DNA of 39,210 nucleotides, from positions 1 through 39,210 of IMG/VR virus record IMGVR_UViG_3300048577_000336; one strand, given 5' to 3'. The translations under genes were made by a program, and so were the position numbers. Source of the DNA: a virus (lineage: Duplodnaviria; Caudoviricetes). The notes under the pieces were generated by a model. It saw only the letters and a program-made list of their open reading frames with translations, was not told the DNA's origin and searched no databases. This document shows positions 27,901-33,107 of this stretch, in pieces; positions within the stretch are counted from its first letter, which is position 1; every line of letters begins with the position of its first letter.

Positions 27901-28826
27901 CCATGATCGACACGCCGGACAGCGTAACCGACGTGCTCGGCCCCATGGGCGGCTTGGCCCGGGATGTGCTGGCCGGCATCGGCTTTTTCGCGGCCGGCCA
28001 GCCGGGACGGGGCGCGGAAAAAATCCTGCCGACCGGCCTGTCCAAGATTCTGCAAGCCGCGCGCGAATCCTCCCAGGGCGTGTCCACCTCGAAGAACTTT
28101 CCCGTTGTGGGGCCGGACGGCAAGCGGTTGATGCCGACAGCCGGGGAGTCCGCGGCCAAGGCGCTCGGCTTCCGCCCGGCGCGTGAAGCCACGGCCCGGG
28201 CCCGGACCTCGGAGGCCATCGAGGAGGAAAAGCGGTGGTCCGAAAAGCGGGACAAGATCTACTCGCGATTCCGGGCGTTCACGCTGGCCGGCGGGAATGA
28301 CGCCGATGAGCGGCAGGCCCTGGTCGCGGCCGTGGCCGGCTACAACAAAGACGTGGCTGATGCTGGCCTTTCCGGACGCGTGACCTACATCACCCGCGAA
28401 TCGCTCCTGCACCAGACAGAAAGGTTGGCCCGGCCGACGAAACGCGAACAGGCGCGGCTTGGCGATAAATCTGGAATGACCAAACCCTATGCGTCGGTTT
28501 CCGGAGAAGACATCGAGGACCTTTCCCATCCCTACTACGCCGTGCGCAGGAATTATACCGAGATGAAGGAGCGTTATGACGCCCTTCGTCAAGCCGGGGA
28601 CCTGGAAGGCGCGGCGACTCTGCGCGGTGAAGTCCGATTACCGCTCCTGCGCAGGCTGATCGGTCGTGTCTCTTCCGTGCGTGAGGAGATGGGCAAGGTA
28701 CGTGAAAGCCGTCTGGCGGACGATGTGAAGTCACGTCGTATGGATGCATTGCGGGAGCGGGAACGGCTGGAAATGGACAGGGCCGCGCGCATGGCGTCGG
28801 GGATACAGACGCCCAAAGGGGAGTGA
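15975..28826 (+). CDS. Giant DarB-like polyvalent virion protein: Rho-N-like repeats, N6-adenine MTase, SNF2-type helicase, HExxH metallopeptidase, PLxRFG-like C-terminus
   Basis: 4283 aa. MTase: ANLAAVRLLK..FSGWG, NAHYT, EPAAGIG (20379), NVPF (20577). Helicase: HGVGSGKT (22434), DEAH (22938), ATGTP, QRNGRIRRQGN (23937). Peptidase: HEGRH (25278). C-terminal region: YAPRLRETGEYVV and ALGFRP. Confidence 0.88.
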   Translation: MGIDLARYRDENSGYYGDVSLADVAADLHERSGSAAAGVPLDQFAKENGFDGQLADEVLAKGGFGLSESKPTVGDYARSVGVGLDQFGQVLGRSMQWVGLDRAGKAVEDLYKQREAATRSEQTDAYKAEMSKSFLRERSDGGGLFGYGLGEGATSPTKILGSIIESAPSMAAAGGPGIAATKGLIGLGLRSGVAGIVGSGLGEGTIGGLYAAKEGEDQILQAPDEVLRQHPDYQKAFAEQPVDLPEEARHAAARASVARSEALRSGLLVGTATAALGAPSGHFMGKSIGGETGKTLARTIGKQAVLEAGQEASQNAVEKIIHNQAARKYIDPNTSLWEGVAEEAMGGAITGGVMGGGLGGFSHNKSALRYRQDFQVEVGKALADGSVAGLSDADLSAAYRIAEGQHEENPDEAARQVLLGLNAEQLRRQGKARGFPLNEILAEEVAARAAMGQTGEAVAVPEADVANEPATQLAGPDRATELAKLSKRQLNDLASGLGINTPGRIKRDALVASVLQAEEAARKWNEPDAVEARYLEAHAAPFPASQDDFLGQAAPVSPEAAAEAAVQESLLQGGASEGAVPPDRAAELADLSHSELRRMAASLGIEKPGRMRRDVLVPAIVAAEERARQFYEPENIEARYQEEHAAPFPGQLDDFLDGAAPTGRRARPRKVGPAATETALASQAEPGTATPKQVSTASPTGEIPLVEAGSKPAAPESQPPSSVPPSRPALVEQTPEGALPTGEVPLVEAGQEIEAANGQQGRAPNVEAPVYEAANSLNETPPAVRPAEDLAAKSKRELNALAASLGVERPGGIRREDLVGRIEQARQEPAAQGQPEASIGQTPATARPQTEQARPWMREGGKKATVGALLRADDHMVARKPVEGQVVHFEIPGLEDVGFVAHHDLNGGKGWTVTETQSGTAAVIGAATEQEALRAVYDRLAGFDAERFRANRDDLVARLGSAEQTTPAQSATKPQEQPTPPTMGGFASGEEGPRYAMSLRETRHAKRGHPLYVVTLDERTSSEAYAGLKKEFVKLGGYWSGFARNGAIKGIQFTDKAKAEAFLERFGKKSAVQESSREGGAAPARESRPSTTPEQSTAKPLGVNSEGNQVFEDERGNRSVREGGVRIKAPVPVRPTRAGVVAEAHGPEQLYRDGHSEFLTKEELAAFERPEASTPAGEGLISEKEDQGARDAGSAHPDRSRPDVGLEGPSDVAPGEQAPGDVGGLPDESGRPERGHRPEDAAVSQRPVQAQEQQGSGGRDSGGDAGGGRAVGRPGPERGESSRAPAPAKGKPDMGVVGEPAAPKDHGPSRRNLSRDHNHRIAPDDVLVPGGNATRAKANLAAVRLLKELEAKKRLPTPQERKVLAQFSGWGSLAEEVFKRDFEDLANRYGGEVPANHRVLFHPPHLEKYDAWRRRYGELHPNIGGLFSKEEWDAAKRSTLNAHYTDRDVVTAMWDMVRQLGFAGGQVVEPAAGIGHFFGLMPEDLAAASHLKGVELDSITGRLLDKLYPAADIQVTGFQDAKRMGNNTADLVISNVPFGDFPIYDKAHKDYSGWSIHNYFLARALDVVRPGGLVAAITSHYTMDTTRWGKVREYLAGKADLVGAIRLPGTAFSKNAGTDVTTDILILRKKDGRPFEGQPWRQVEKVETPEGQAGVNEYFVTHPKMVLGRHSMTGSMHGGLEYTVLPDKAQPLIQQVREAVAQLPVDILGQGPANQPKTLPQALGERADADMREGTLVIRDGDVFAVEDGRLARPEWQDDKLAATRSAIARKYVGVKAAAQGLVRTMLSAEATEADVVAKQKELGRLYDAFVEEHGPFLDNRKLTFLRDDVEYPNVLALEKKEEQVVDGDKKVVVTKADIFTKRTIRPFAEPRTAASAEDAVKISLLYRGHVDAAKIGELLGLPEAEARRKLVETGAAYENPETGLLETPQEYLSGDVRQKLQVARDSAESNPDYKRNLDALEAVQPPKKPVSRIDARLGATWIPDGVVSAFMEHMGVRWGRATQTRTRAGEDGMSSWDVKGTLTQEAQNRWTVGDTDLLDILQDSLNLKLSKAYKYLPDGNGGRNRVVDQEGTLLVQEKQKALHEEFLKFARETPKVATELENLYDERFGGQIPRQYNIPDVAHYPGAVDTITLRDHQKRGVSRGLQENTLFSHGVGSGKTYLVTTLAMEARRLGTAKKPMIVVQGATLEQFASAFKRLYPAANVLAPNAEDRTKANRQRLLSQIATGDWDAVIVPHSFFNGLAISPEREAAFIEEDLDALRADLREAQADKSEGRGKKSPRVKQIEKMMLKREARLKALLDARKDENVFFEDTGVDMLVVDEAHAYKRGDFVTKMDNVKGLDRDSSQRSMQLLLKSRYIAEKTGGKNVHLATGTPVSNTLAELWTALRYIRPDLLERFNVTQFDDFASTFCATKTDIEETATGDYKPVTRFNRYQNLGELISMWKAGADIVLAEDLDYIKDIPKLRGGRPQEVSLERNPELTGYIQHLKQRRMEWEHLTGKEKREQSHVPLLIYNLAQKAALDMRLVNPELGEAPGGKIDAAAEEIFKRYQDHQDTRAAQAVFSDIYQSSDKTFNVWKDLKQKLVAKGIPAREIAIIYDFNEKAREKLFEAVNAGDVRVVMGSTEKLGVGVNIQERLAALHHLSPPVRPMDWEQRNGRIRRQGNMFGEVEVLAYGVKNTLDSVSFNILQNKQKFINQLLRGEIDGDVMENPFDDVQLSFEDMMAAFSGNPLAMERVKLEGQVRDLGRLRQAFQDEKAGRIRQLDLLRESRIPAIEKSLAAAEKEVDRLRRSFPDFKAETFTLKDGTFEKKDFTRKLTDWYDGLKGRLEKETVGKTVAHYEGVRSGGKFGGAVTFETGGHEVEIKVRPVSAGLVGVDSNRGDGLAMVTEATLTGAFTVTTKNGEVLFERNFGAPSGFIRSFNNGLEELSREPERIKGQLDRARESAASLERLVEEKFTREDEYSQVSGRLREVEEELKKAKNEDLAAVAQAAETAGEDDGGPAARLSRAEASAANAAPIARAVAGELRKGIAQFPALRGIVDIYHAESDLPADLRREVEDAGVSGRFYGAYNPETKRIALVAGNIPTEKAGQVAFVQTLLRHEGRHGGLDLVLGGREARQEYMTRAAHAMPRQVSLWLERQGLDSTRATRAEAAEEILVSWAKDGTVHRVLDRLLAKMAEWVRSIFPSLKLTKAELRQILALADDFVDGKGLDFVAPVGSSFVAAPAFAREETRFARAGELAGVPVEKEEVATWFKGEVTAHVRSFLPTLRGTLKETAVLGKILRSPEYWKHPVLKRLYEIFRDRTDQAHELLHAAFDLGDGRTIVESAKEVFKDKKQREILNQGVDYADVNEIKPEEMEAWFREHGATEATIGLWRSMRDGYDMLLDARLKSYRALVDKARDSYGRKIVRRLVEAGVPAKEAQSFDAKAYHADRTLSDALAPYSQQVAEVVSTARKAGITIQGQLADVRLSGEDGTSFSLKELIERMGQLRGSYAPRLRETGEYVVRGQRMAPNGKLERFRAHKEWRSGAESLRAKMARAGWDMEPVGRIEKLPEATQGIIKALELAKTVESAVNQVGEDVDAGLVGELLETLADEVKARGFRAQSIRRTGRHGDVVQGYFVDALERYTRYAGATAYGLAKMEAAGKASKALFGQDGATGIDIQKERDVYRLAVDYLAENLRNAEAGDRVFSLAKSVASLKYLGLNPRSALVNLSSMATSVPAALHAYALEGKGGWAKIGRETARAMADYLGVMTGKWGSFTADEKRFLEGIRKESLDDPQFAREALSTYRDTAGTSWSWLMGKTLALFGATEQLNRGSTLLAAYRLARSAGADHEAATARARETSDRAHGVYDRATQPAWTWGTSAGSRLGQSWYVYKKYGHNYLQLVHELFQKKDWQAATFALAAPMALGGLGSQVLTSIVKALFVAGGSDDDPEKWLYDFIRRNMGDQGEELARFGLLGLVTGTDMSGSLGTMIDTPDSVTDVLGPMGGLARDVLAGIGFFAAGQPGRGAEKILPTGLSKILQAARESSQGVSTSKNFPVVGPDGKRLMPTAGESAAKALGFRPAREATARARTSEAIEEEKRWSEKRDKIYSRFRAFTLAGGNDADERQALVAAVAGYNKDVADAGLSGRVTYITRESLLHQTERLARPTKREQARLGDKSGMTKPYASVSGEDIEDLSHPYYAVRRNYTEMKERYDALRQAGDLEGAATLRGEVRLPLLRRLIGRVSSVREEMGKVRESRLADDVKSRRMDALRERERLEMDRAARMASGIQTPKGE
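17400..17957 (+). repeat. Two 80-codon internal repeats (17400-17639, 17718-17957), each with a Rho-N/HeH-like motif; partial third copy ~18336-18446
   Basis: PDRATELAKLSKRQLNDLASGLGI...HAAPFPASQDDFLGQAAP versus PDRAAELADLSHSELRRMAASLGI...HAAPFPGQLDDFLDGAAP. Third copy EDLAAKSKRELNALAASLGVERPGGIRREDLV. Confidence 0.85.
19546..19938 (+). CDS. Nested gene overprinted in the +1 frame of the giant ORF (130 aa; weak resemblance to TnpV/DUF1896-like helical proteins)
   Basis: AAGGAG at 19534-19539, 6 nt before ATG. 45 of the first 50 codons end in G/C, versus 18 of 50 for the host frame over the same bases. Globular composition, while the host frame here is G/R/P/D low-complexity. Confidence 0.75.
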   Translation: MQEVHTLTDPDRMWDWKAHLTWLLENKPQETWEDFQTNPDGLKEAIDRKTLQSANVQYKLKNSKAPEDAIQEAMLAVVAPSDGPALSAENPPEPLPRQKESRIWAWWENLPPRKITVLPDGTYRETITTA

Positions 28827-29119
28827 TGATGTCGAAGAAAAAGCCCTACGTCGGTGACATCGGCACCGAAATCATTTTGGATGTGTACGAAGGGCTGGCC
28901 GGCGCGACGGTCGGGATTTCCGTGCGCAAGCCTACAGGAGCCACAGTCATCTGGCCGGCGGTTGTCTACGAATCACGGTCCGTGCGGCACACTACGAGGG
29001 ACGGGGATTTCAATGAGGCCGGCGTGTACCGCGTACAGCCCGTTGTCTCCCTGGCCGATGGCACGTGGTCGGGCCTGGGGGCGACGGCTGAATTCCGTGT
29101 GTACGGCAAACATCAATAA
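28823..29119 (+). CDS. BppU-like Ig-fold tail/baseplate protein (putative)
   Basis: VGDIGT...VRKPTG...GDFNEAGVYRVQ...FRVY pattern. Start overlaps the giant ORF stop. Confidence 0.6.
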   Translation: MMMSKKKPYVGDIGTEIILDVYEGLAGATVGISVRKPTGATVIWPAVVYESRSVRHTTRDGDFNEAGVYRVQPVVSLADGTWSGLGATAEFRVYGKHQ

Positions 29120-29131
29120 AAGGAGCGTTTC

Positions 29132-29491
29132 ATGGGCGCATTGACTGCTTCCGGGAAAAATTCGGTCCTGGATTCCGGACTGCCCGCCAACCTGTACGCG
29201 GCCCTGCATAGCGGCGCGCCGGGCGCGGACGGATCGGGCAACGAGCTTGCCGGCGGTACGCCGACTTATGCTCGCAAGGCTGTCGTCATGGCCGCCGCGT
29301 CGGGCGGAGCTCGGGCGATCAGCGCCGGGGTGACATTCGATGTGCCTGCGGGCGGAGTCGTGGCTTACGTCAGCCTGTGGACAGCGGCGACCGGTGGAAC
29401 GTGCGTGGCGACCGACGACGTCACCAGCGAATCCTTTACCGGCCAGGGCACCTACAACCTGACAGCCTTTACCGTCTCGTTGGCTGATTAA
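29132..29491 (+). CDS. Phage tail-fibre-associated structural protein
   Basis: LYAALHSGAPG..G.GNE..GG..YARKAV...FDVPAG...VSLWTAATGG is a common minor tail protein pattern. AAGGAG RBS. Confidence 0.7.
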   Translation: MGALTASGKNSVLDSGLPANLYAALHSGAPGADGSGNELAGGTPTYARKAVVMAAASGGARAISAGVTFDVPAGGVVAYVSLWTAATGGTCVATDDVTSESFTGQGTYNLTAFTVSLAD

Positions 29492-29505
29492 GAAGAGGGC
29501 GCTCC

Positions 29506-30582
29506 ATGCTTAGCCCCTGGGTTAATTATAATACCGCCTGGGTCGACTACAATGCGGCCTGGCAACCGCCAGAAGCGAAATCCGCTTCTGGCGATGCGGC
29601 GGCGACGGGCATCACATCTGCAGTTGCCTCAGGGGCAAAGCAGGGCAGGGGCGTCGCATCCACGCATGGAGCGACCTTTGGTGCGGGGAATGGTTTCAAG
29701 GATGCCCACGGACATGCCGAGGCCGCATCCACGGACCAAGTTCATACTGCAGGGCGGCAGCAGGCCCTTGGGCATGGAGCCGCCCTTGCAGCCTCTGACG
29801 CCGTTGCGGCTGGGCGCAAGCGTGTGTTTGGTCAGGCCTCGGGTCATGCTTCGGCTCCATGCGTGGCCACCGGGTCGCGTCAGGTGTACGGGGGGGCGGC
29901 TTCGATTGTCCCGGCCACGGCCACCGCCATTGGCGAGAAGGCCGGGAGAAGCGCGTCGGCTTGTATGGTCCGGCCTGATACGGCTGGTGCAGGACAGAAG
30001 AGGGCTTGCGGCCAAGTTGCGATCCTTTCACAAGTCCTGGTTTCGGCTGTCGGAAAAGCGCCCCTGAGCGGTGCCGCTTTTGCTGGGGGCCTCACTTCAG
30101 TTCTTGCCACGGGGAGCAAAGGAGCTTCCGGTGCATCCTTCGCCCGCTCAGGCAACCAGGTCGGGGGCCTGGCGCAGAAGGTGGCCCTGGGGAACGGCGC
30201 GGCGGACTTCCGGGCAGCCGTGGACATATCAGGTCGCAAACGGGCGTTTGGGACGGTCGGTGTCTTGGCTCTTGCCCAGGCGTTCGCGGACGGCTCCTTT
30301 GGAGGATACGCCGGGTACGAGGCGGCAGCGGCGTCAATCATTTACGTCCTGGCTTCGGGGTACAAGGAGTCTGCGGGGGTGGCTTCGGCGGAGGCCGCGA
30401 CCCTGGCCATGGCCGTAGGCCCGGCCGCGCCGCTTGGTCTTGAGGTGATCCGCTTGTCGTGCCCGCTTGCCCGCGCTGTCCGATATTGTTGCCCCATTGA
30501 GCGCACCGTCAGGGCGTTCTGTCCCATCACTCGGGACATCCGTCTGTCGACTCCGGTCGTGGAAACTACGCCCTGGAGTTAG
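29506..30582 (+). CDS. Ala/Gly-rich tail-fibre-like protein with ~14 repeats of 20 aa
   Basis: Period-20 units x-K-x3-G-x13-G (e.g. AKSASGDAAATGITSAVASG / AKQGRGVASTHGATFGAGNG). C-terminal 10-aa R-x-x-[CT]-P repeats. Confidence 0.65.
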   Translation: MLSPWVNYNTAWVDYNAAWQPPEAKSASGDAAATGITSAVASGAKQGRGVASTHGATFGAGNGFKDAHGHAEAASTDQVHTAGRQQALGHGAALAASDAVAAGRKRVFGQASGHASAPCVATGSRQVYGGAASIVPATATAIGEKAGRSASACMVRPDTAGAGQKRACGQVAILSQVLVSAVGKAPLSGAAFAGGLTSVLATGSKGASGASFARSGNQVGGLAQKVALGNGAADFRAAVDISGRKRAFGTVGVLALAQAFADGSFGGYAGYEAAAASIIYVLASGYKESAGVASAEAATLAMAVGPAAPLGLEVIRLSCPLARAVRYCCPIERTVRAFCPITRDIRLSTPVVETTPWS

Positions 30583-30654
30583 TTCGCATGACGGTGAAGA
30601 CTGATTGGCAGCAAGTACGCCAGCATATTGTCTGAACTCTTTTGGAGGAAAGCT

Positions 30655-31290
30655 ATGTCCTTGAGCGATCGCGTCCAGTATCGGACCTATAATATCCGAA
30701 TGATTGAACCGTTGCTTGGCTCCCTGCCGTCATCGAAGCAAGTATACCAGGATTTTATAGCGAGTAAGGCTCCCGAGCCAGACCAGGAAGGAGCAGAGGA
30801 AACGGCCATGCTCCCGGAAGAAGCACTTCCGAAAACGACAGTGTTTCTTCGGGATGACAAAGATCAGTGTTGCCTGATGGATTATCAGTTCATGGGTTTC
30901 ATGAAAGAAGCGGGAAATACTTTAAAAAGTATTATCGAATATGAAGTTTTCTCAAAAGGGGCGCGCAGCAAGAAGAAAGGGATCAAGAATCTTCGCAGTA
31001 AGCTGTCACAATTTTTGTATATAGGCCCCAGGATTATTCATTTAGGACGCACCCCCGATGGTATTTATGAACGACCTCTGCAGACGATGAGCATGAAAGG
31101 TCCTCGTACATGCCTAGCAAGTTCCGAAATAATCAACCCAGAACTTTCTTTTGAGATTATTATTGGTTTGCTGCCGCATGAGGAACTTTCCTGGGTTGTC
31201 ATAGAGCAGCTTCTTGAATACGGTCAGTTCAAGGGGCTCGGTCAGTTCCGTGGTGGCGGATACGGACGATTCGCGTTCGATGCCGCTTAA
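30655..31290 (+). CDS. Solitary Cas7/Csm3-like RAMP-fold protein (Vipr-like)
   Basis: ATG at 30655 after GGAGGA; 211 aa. RAMP landmarks: N-terminal strand plus Gly (YNIRMIEPLLGS), helix MDYQFMGFMKEA, SEII...SFEIII, and C-terminal glycine loop GLGQFRGGGYGRF (31234-31272). No other cas gene in the window. Confidence 0.8.
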   Translation: MSLSDRVQYRTYNIRMIEPLLGSLPSSKQVYQDFIASKAPEPDQEGAEETAMLPEEALPKTTVFLRDDKDQCCLMDYQFMGFMKEAGNTLKSIIEYEVFSKGARSKKKGIKNLRSKLSQFLYIGPRIIHLGRTPDGIYERPLQTMSMKGPRTCLASSEIINPELSFEIIIGLLPHEELSWVVIEQLLEYGQFKGLGQFRGGGYGRFAFDAA

Positions 31291-31292
31291 AC

Positions 31293-31441
31293 GGACATGC
31301 AACGTACGGCAAAGGCCCGGTAAGGTTCGTTAGCGCAGGGTCAGGTACCGTGATTGCTAGGCGGCGTAAGGTAGCGAGAGGTACTGCGGGGCAACAGCTC
31401 AGCCGTCCTTGGTTTCGTGATCTGTCGCATTGGCATCGCTT
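31293..31441 (+). ncRNA. Pentameric NGY-NN (largely GGY-NN) repeat array, putative guide RNA(s) for the adjacent RAMP protein
   Basis: Starts 2 nt after the RAMP stop: ggaca tgcaa cgtac ggcaa(a) ggccc ggtaa ggttc gttag cgcag ggtca ggtac cgtga(t) tgcta ggcgg cgtaa ggtag cgaga ggtac tgcgg ggcaa(c) agctc agccg tcctt ggttt cgtga tctgt cgcat(t) ggcat cgctt. From 31298, 24 of 28 pentamers are NGY and 12 are GGY. The periodicity is seen; RNA function is inferred. Confidence 0.7.
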
Positions 31442-31474
31442 GTTAAAAGCCGTGTTTCCAGATCGAGCCCTTTT

Positions 31475-32347
31475 ATGAATGAACCTACGATGTTTGATTG
31501 CGTTGGTCTTTCGGCCCGCATATCCGTCATTCAGTGCCGTGCAAACCGCACGAGGCCTCTCTCTGCATCCTTGAAGAATGTTCCTACCAGGCCACCGGCC
31601 TGTCTGCGGTGCACGCAGTGGGAAAGTCTCGATCCTCCTCTTCCCGATGCCATCGATCCGGCGCAGCAAGCGCTCGCAGAAACGTTGTCAGCCTTGACGC
31701 CTGATGTCGAATATGGCCGATTGGGGATAAAGTACCTCATGCTCGAATACAACAAACGAGCTGAGAGTTCATTGCGGCATAAAAGACCACAGGCGATGGT
31801 CCAGTGGTGCCATATGTTGGGCTTTACTGTTGTTGATCATGAGGAATTTCGAGGCATTCGAGGTACAGCCTGTCTGGTTGTTAATGACGAAGTTGCACGC
31901 TTTGTCCGCGAAAACCGGGCGACCGGCGAGGCTTTGGAAACCAGCGAAGAATATGCGGCAGATGCTCCTGTGATTGAAAAAGCTGTTGATGGAATCATGC
32001 GGGCTTGCGCCAAGGCGCGGAGCAATGTCCCGGATGCGATGCCGCCGCTGGAAGAGTCCAATATTTTTGCCGTGGCGTGTGAAGATGAGGAACATTGGGA
32101 TGAAGAGGATAAGGCTCGCCCCTCATCGGGTTTGCTCCGGCCTCCTGAGTTGAAGCGATCAGACAATCCCCCGTGTTCCCTCTGTCTTTATTTCCGGCCG
32201 CTGCCGACTTTCTACAACGGAAACAAAGGGGTGCGGTTGTGTTGGTCCGGGAGCCCCGCCTGGGACTTTGGGTGTTTTGAGATGCGCAAGGAGGTTCCCC
32301 ATGAAAGTCGTTCTGAACCGGGATCTGCGCCTGGTGGCCACCCATAA
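31475..32347 (+). CDS. Hypothetical protein with two Cys clusters (putative Zn-binding)
   Basis: Likely ATG at 31475 or 31490. N-terminal C-x10-C...CxxC (FDCVGLSARISVIQC...PPACLRC) and C-terminal CSLC...C...C. Confidence 0.6.
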   Translation: MNEPTMFDCVGLSARISVIQCRANRTRPLSASLKNVPTRPPACLRCTQWESLDPPLPDAIDPAQQALAETLSALTPDVEYGRLGIKYLMLEYNKRAESSLRHKRPQAMVQWCHMLGFTVVDHEEFRGIRGTACLVVNDEVARFVRENRATGEALETSEEYAADAPVIEKAVDGIMRACAKARSNVPDAMPPLEESNIFAVACEDEEHWDEEDKARPSSGLLRPPELKRSDNPPCSLCLYFRPLPTFYNGNKGVRLCWSGSPAWDFGCFEMRKEVPHESRSEPGSAPGGHP

Positions 32348-32813
32348 CGATGACCAGGACGTCGTTGACAAGTACCCTGGCTGTCATGTGATCCGCGTGA
32401 CCTCGGGGGTGGCGATGGATATCAATACGCCGCTGGACGTCTCCTTGGAGGAGCTCCGGACGGCCGCCTGCGAAGCCATTGACGCCAGGGCCGAAACGCG
32501 ACGTCTGGCGGTCCTGACGCCCGGGTCAGGGCAAATGGCGGCCTATCAGGCCAAAGCGGTCCAAGCAGCCGCCCTGGTTCAAGATCCGGACCCGACTGAG
32601 GCGGAATATCCTGATATTTTCAATGAGATCGGCATCACGGCGGATACTGCGCATGAGGTCGCAATGACCATACTGGCCGCCGCCGAACGATGGCAGCAGT
32701 ATGGGCGTGGAATCGAGAAGGCGCGGTTGGCCGGGAAGAAAGCCGTGGCCGAAGCCAACGACTCGGCGTGCGTCCTGAGCGCTCGGGATGGCGTGGCCTG
32801 GTCGGAGGCGTAG
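32301..32813 (+). CDS. Tail fibre assembly/chaperone-like protein (DUF4376-like)
   Basis: ATG at 32301 after AAGGAGG. IDARAE..R...TPGSGQ...YQAK..QA...IEKARL.GK.AV pattern. Confidence 0.7.
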   Translation: MKVVLNRDLRLVATHNDDQDVVDKYPGCHVIRVTSGVAMDINTPLDVSLEELRTAACEAIDARAETRRLAVLTPGSGQMAAYQAKAVQAAALVQDPDPTEAEYPDIFNEIGITADTAHEVAMTILAAAERWQQYGRGIEKARLAGKKAVAEANDSACVLSARDGVAWSEA

Positions 32814-33107
32814 ATGCTGACGTCCAAGGTGGCTTACGGATCGTGCCGCAAAGGGCTGACCGATCCGCTTGCGGTGTTGCGCTCCAAGGGGGCGCGCGTT
32901 TCCCTGGTTGACGGGAAAATTCAACTGCTTTTCGACAACCACGTGGGCCGGGATATCAGGAAGCGGTGCTACGAGTATGCCGCGCATTTCGAGGCGTTGC
33001 TCAAGCTGCAACTTGACGTGCCTCCGGGGGAAAATCCGCGCACGATCCAAAAGTTGGTTGGCGTAGGGCGGGTCCGGTGGACTGGCCAGAGGTTCGAGAT
33101 CCCATGA
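32814..33107 (+). CDS. Hypothetical protein
   Basis: 97 aa, starts immediately after the previous stop. GGAGG upstream; ATGA overlap with the next gene. Confidence 0.6.
   Translation: MLTSKVAYGSCRKGLTDPLAVLRSKGARVSLVDGKIQLLFDNHVGRDIRKRCYEYAAHFEALLKLQLDVPPGENPRTIQKLVGVGRVRWTGQRFEIP

Noticed and set aside
30605-30621. Possible sigma-54 promoter (TGGCA with GG-N10-GC spacing) upstream of the RAMP gene
   Set aside because: The -12 element is ACGC rather than TTGC; too weak to call without transcription start data.
31293-31441. Canonical CRISPR array or simple microsatellite next to the RAMP gene
   Set aside because: No 25-40-nt direct repeats with spacers. Only three of every five positions are constrained, unlike a slippage microsatellite.
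31229-31669. 146-aa minus-strand ORF across the array, and the TTG start at 31430 for the next gene
   Set aside because: The minus-strand ORF is Arg-rich with no motif and overlaps two better genes. The TTG extension lies within the array; ATG 31475 or 31490 is more plausible.
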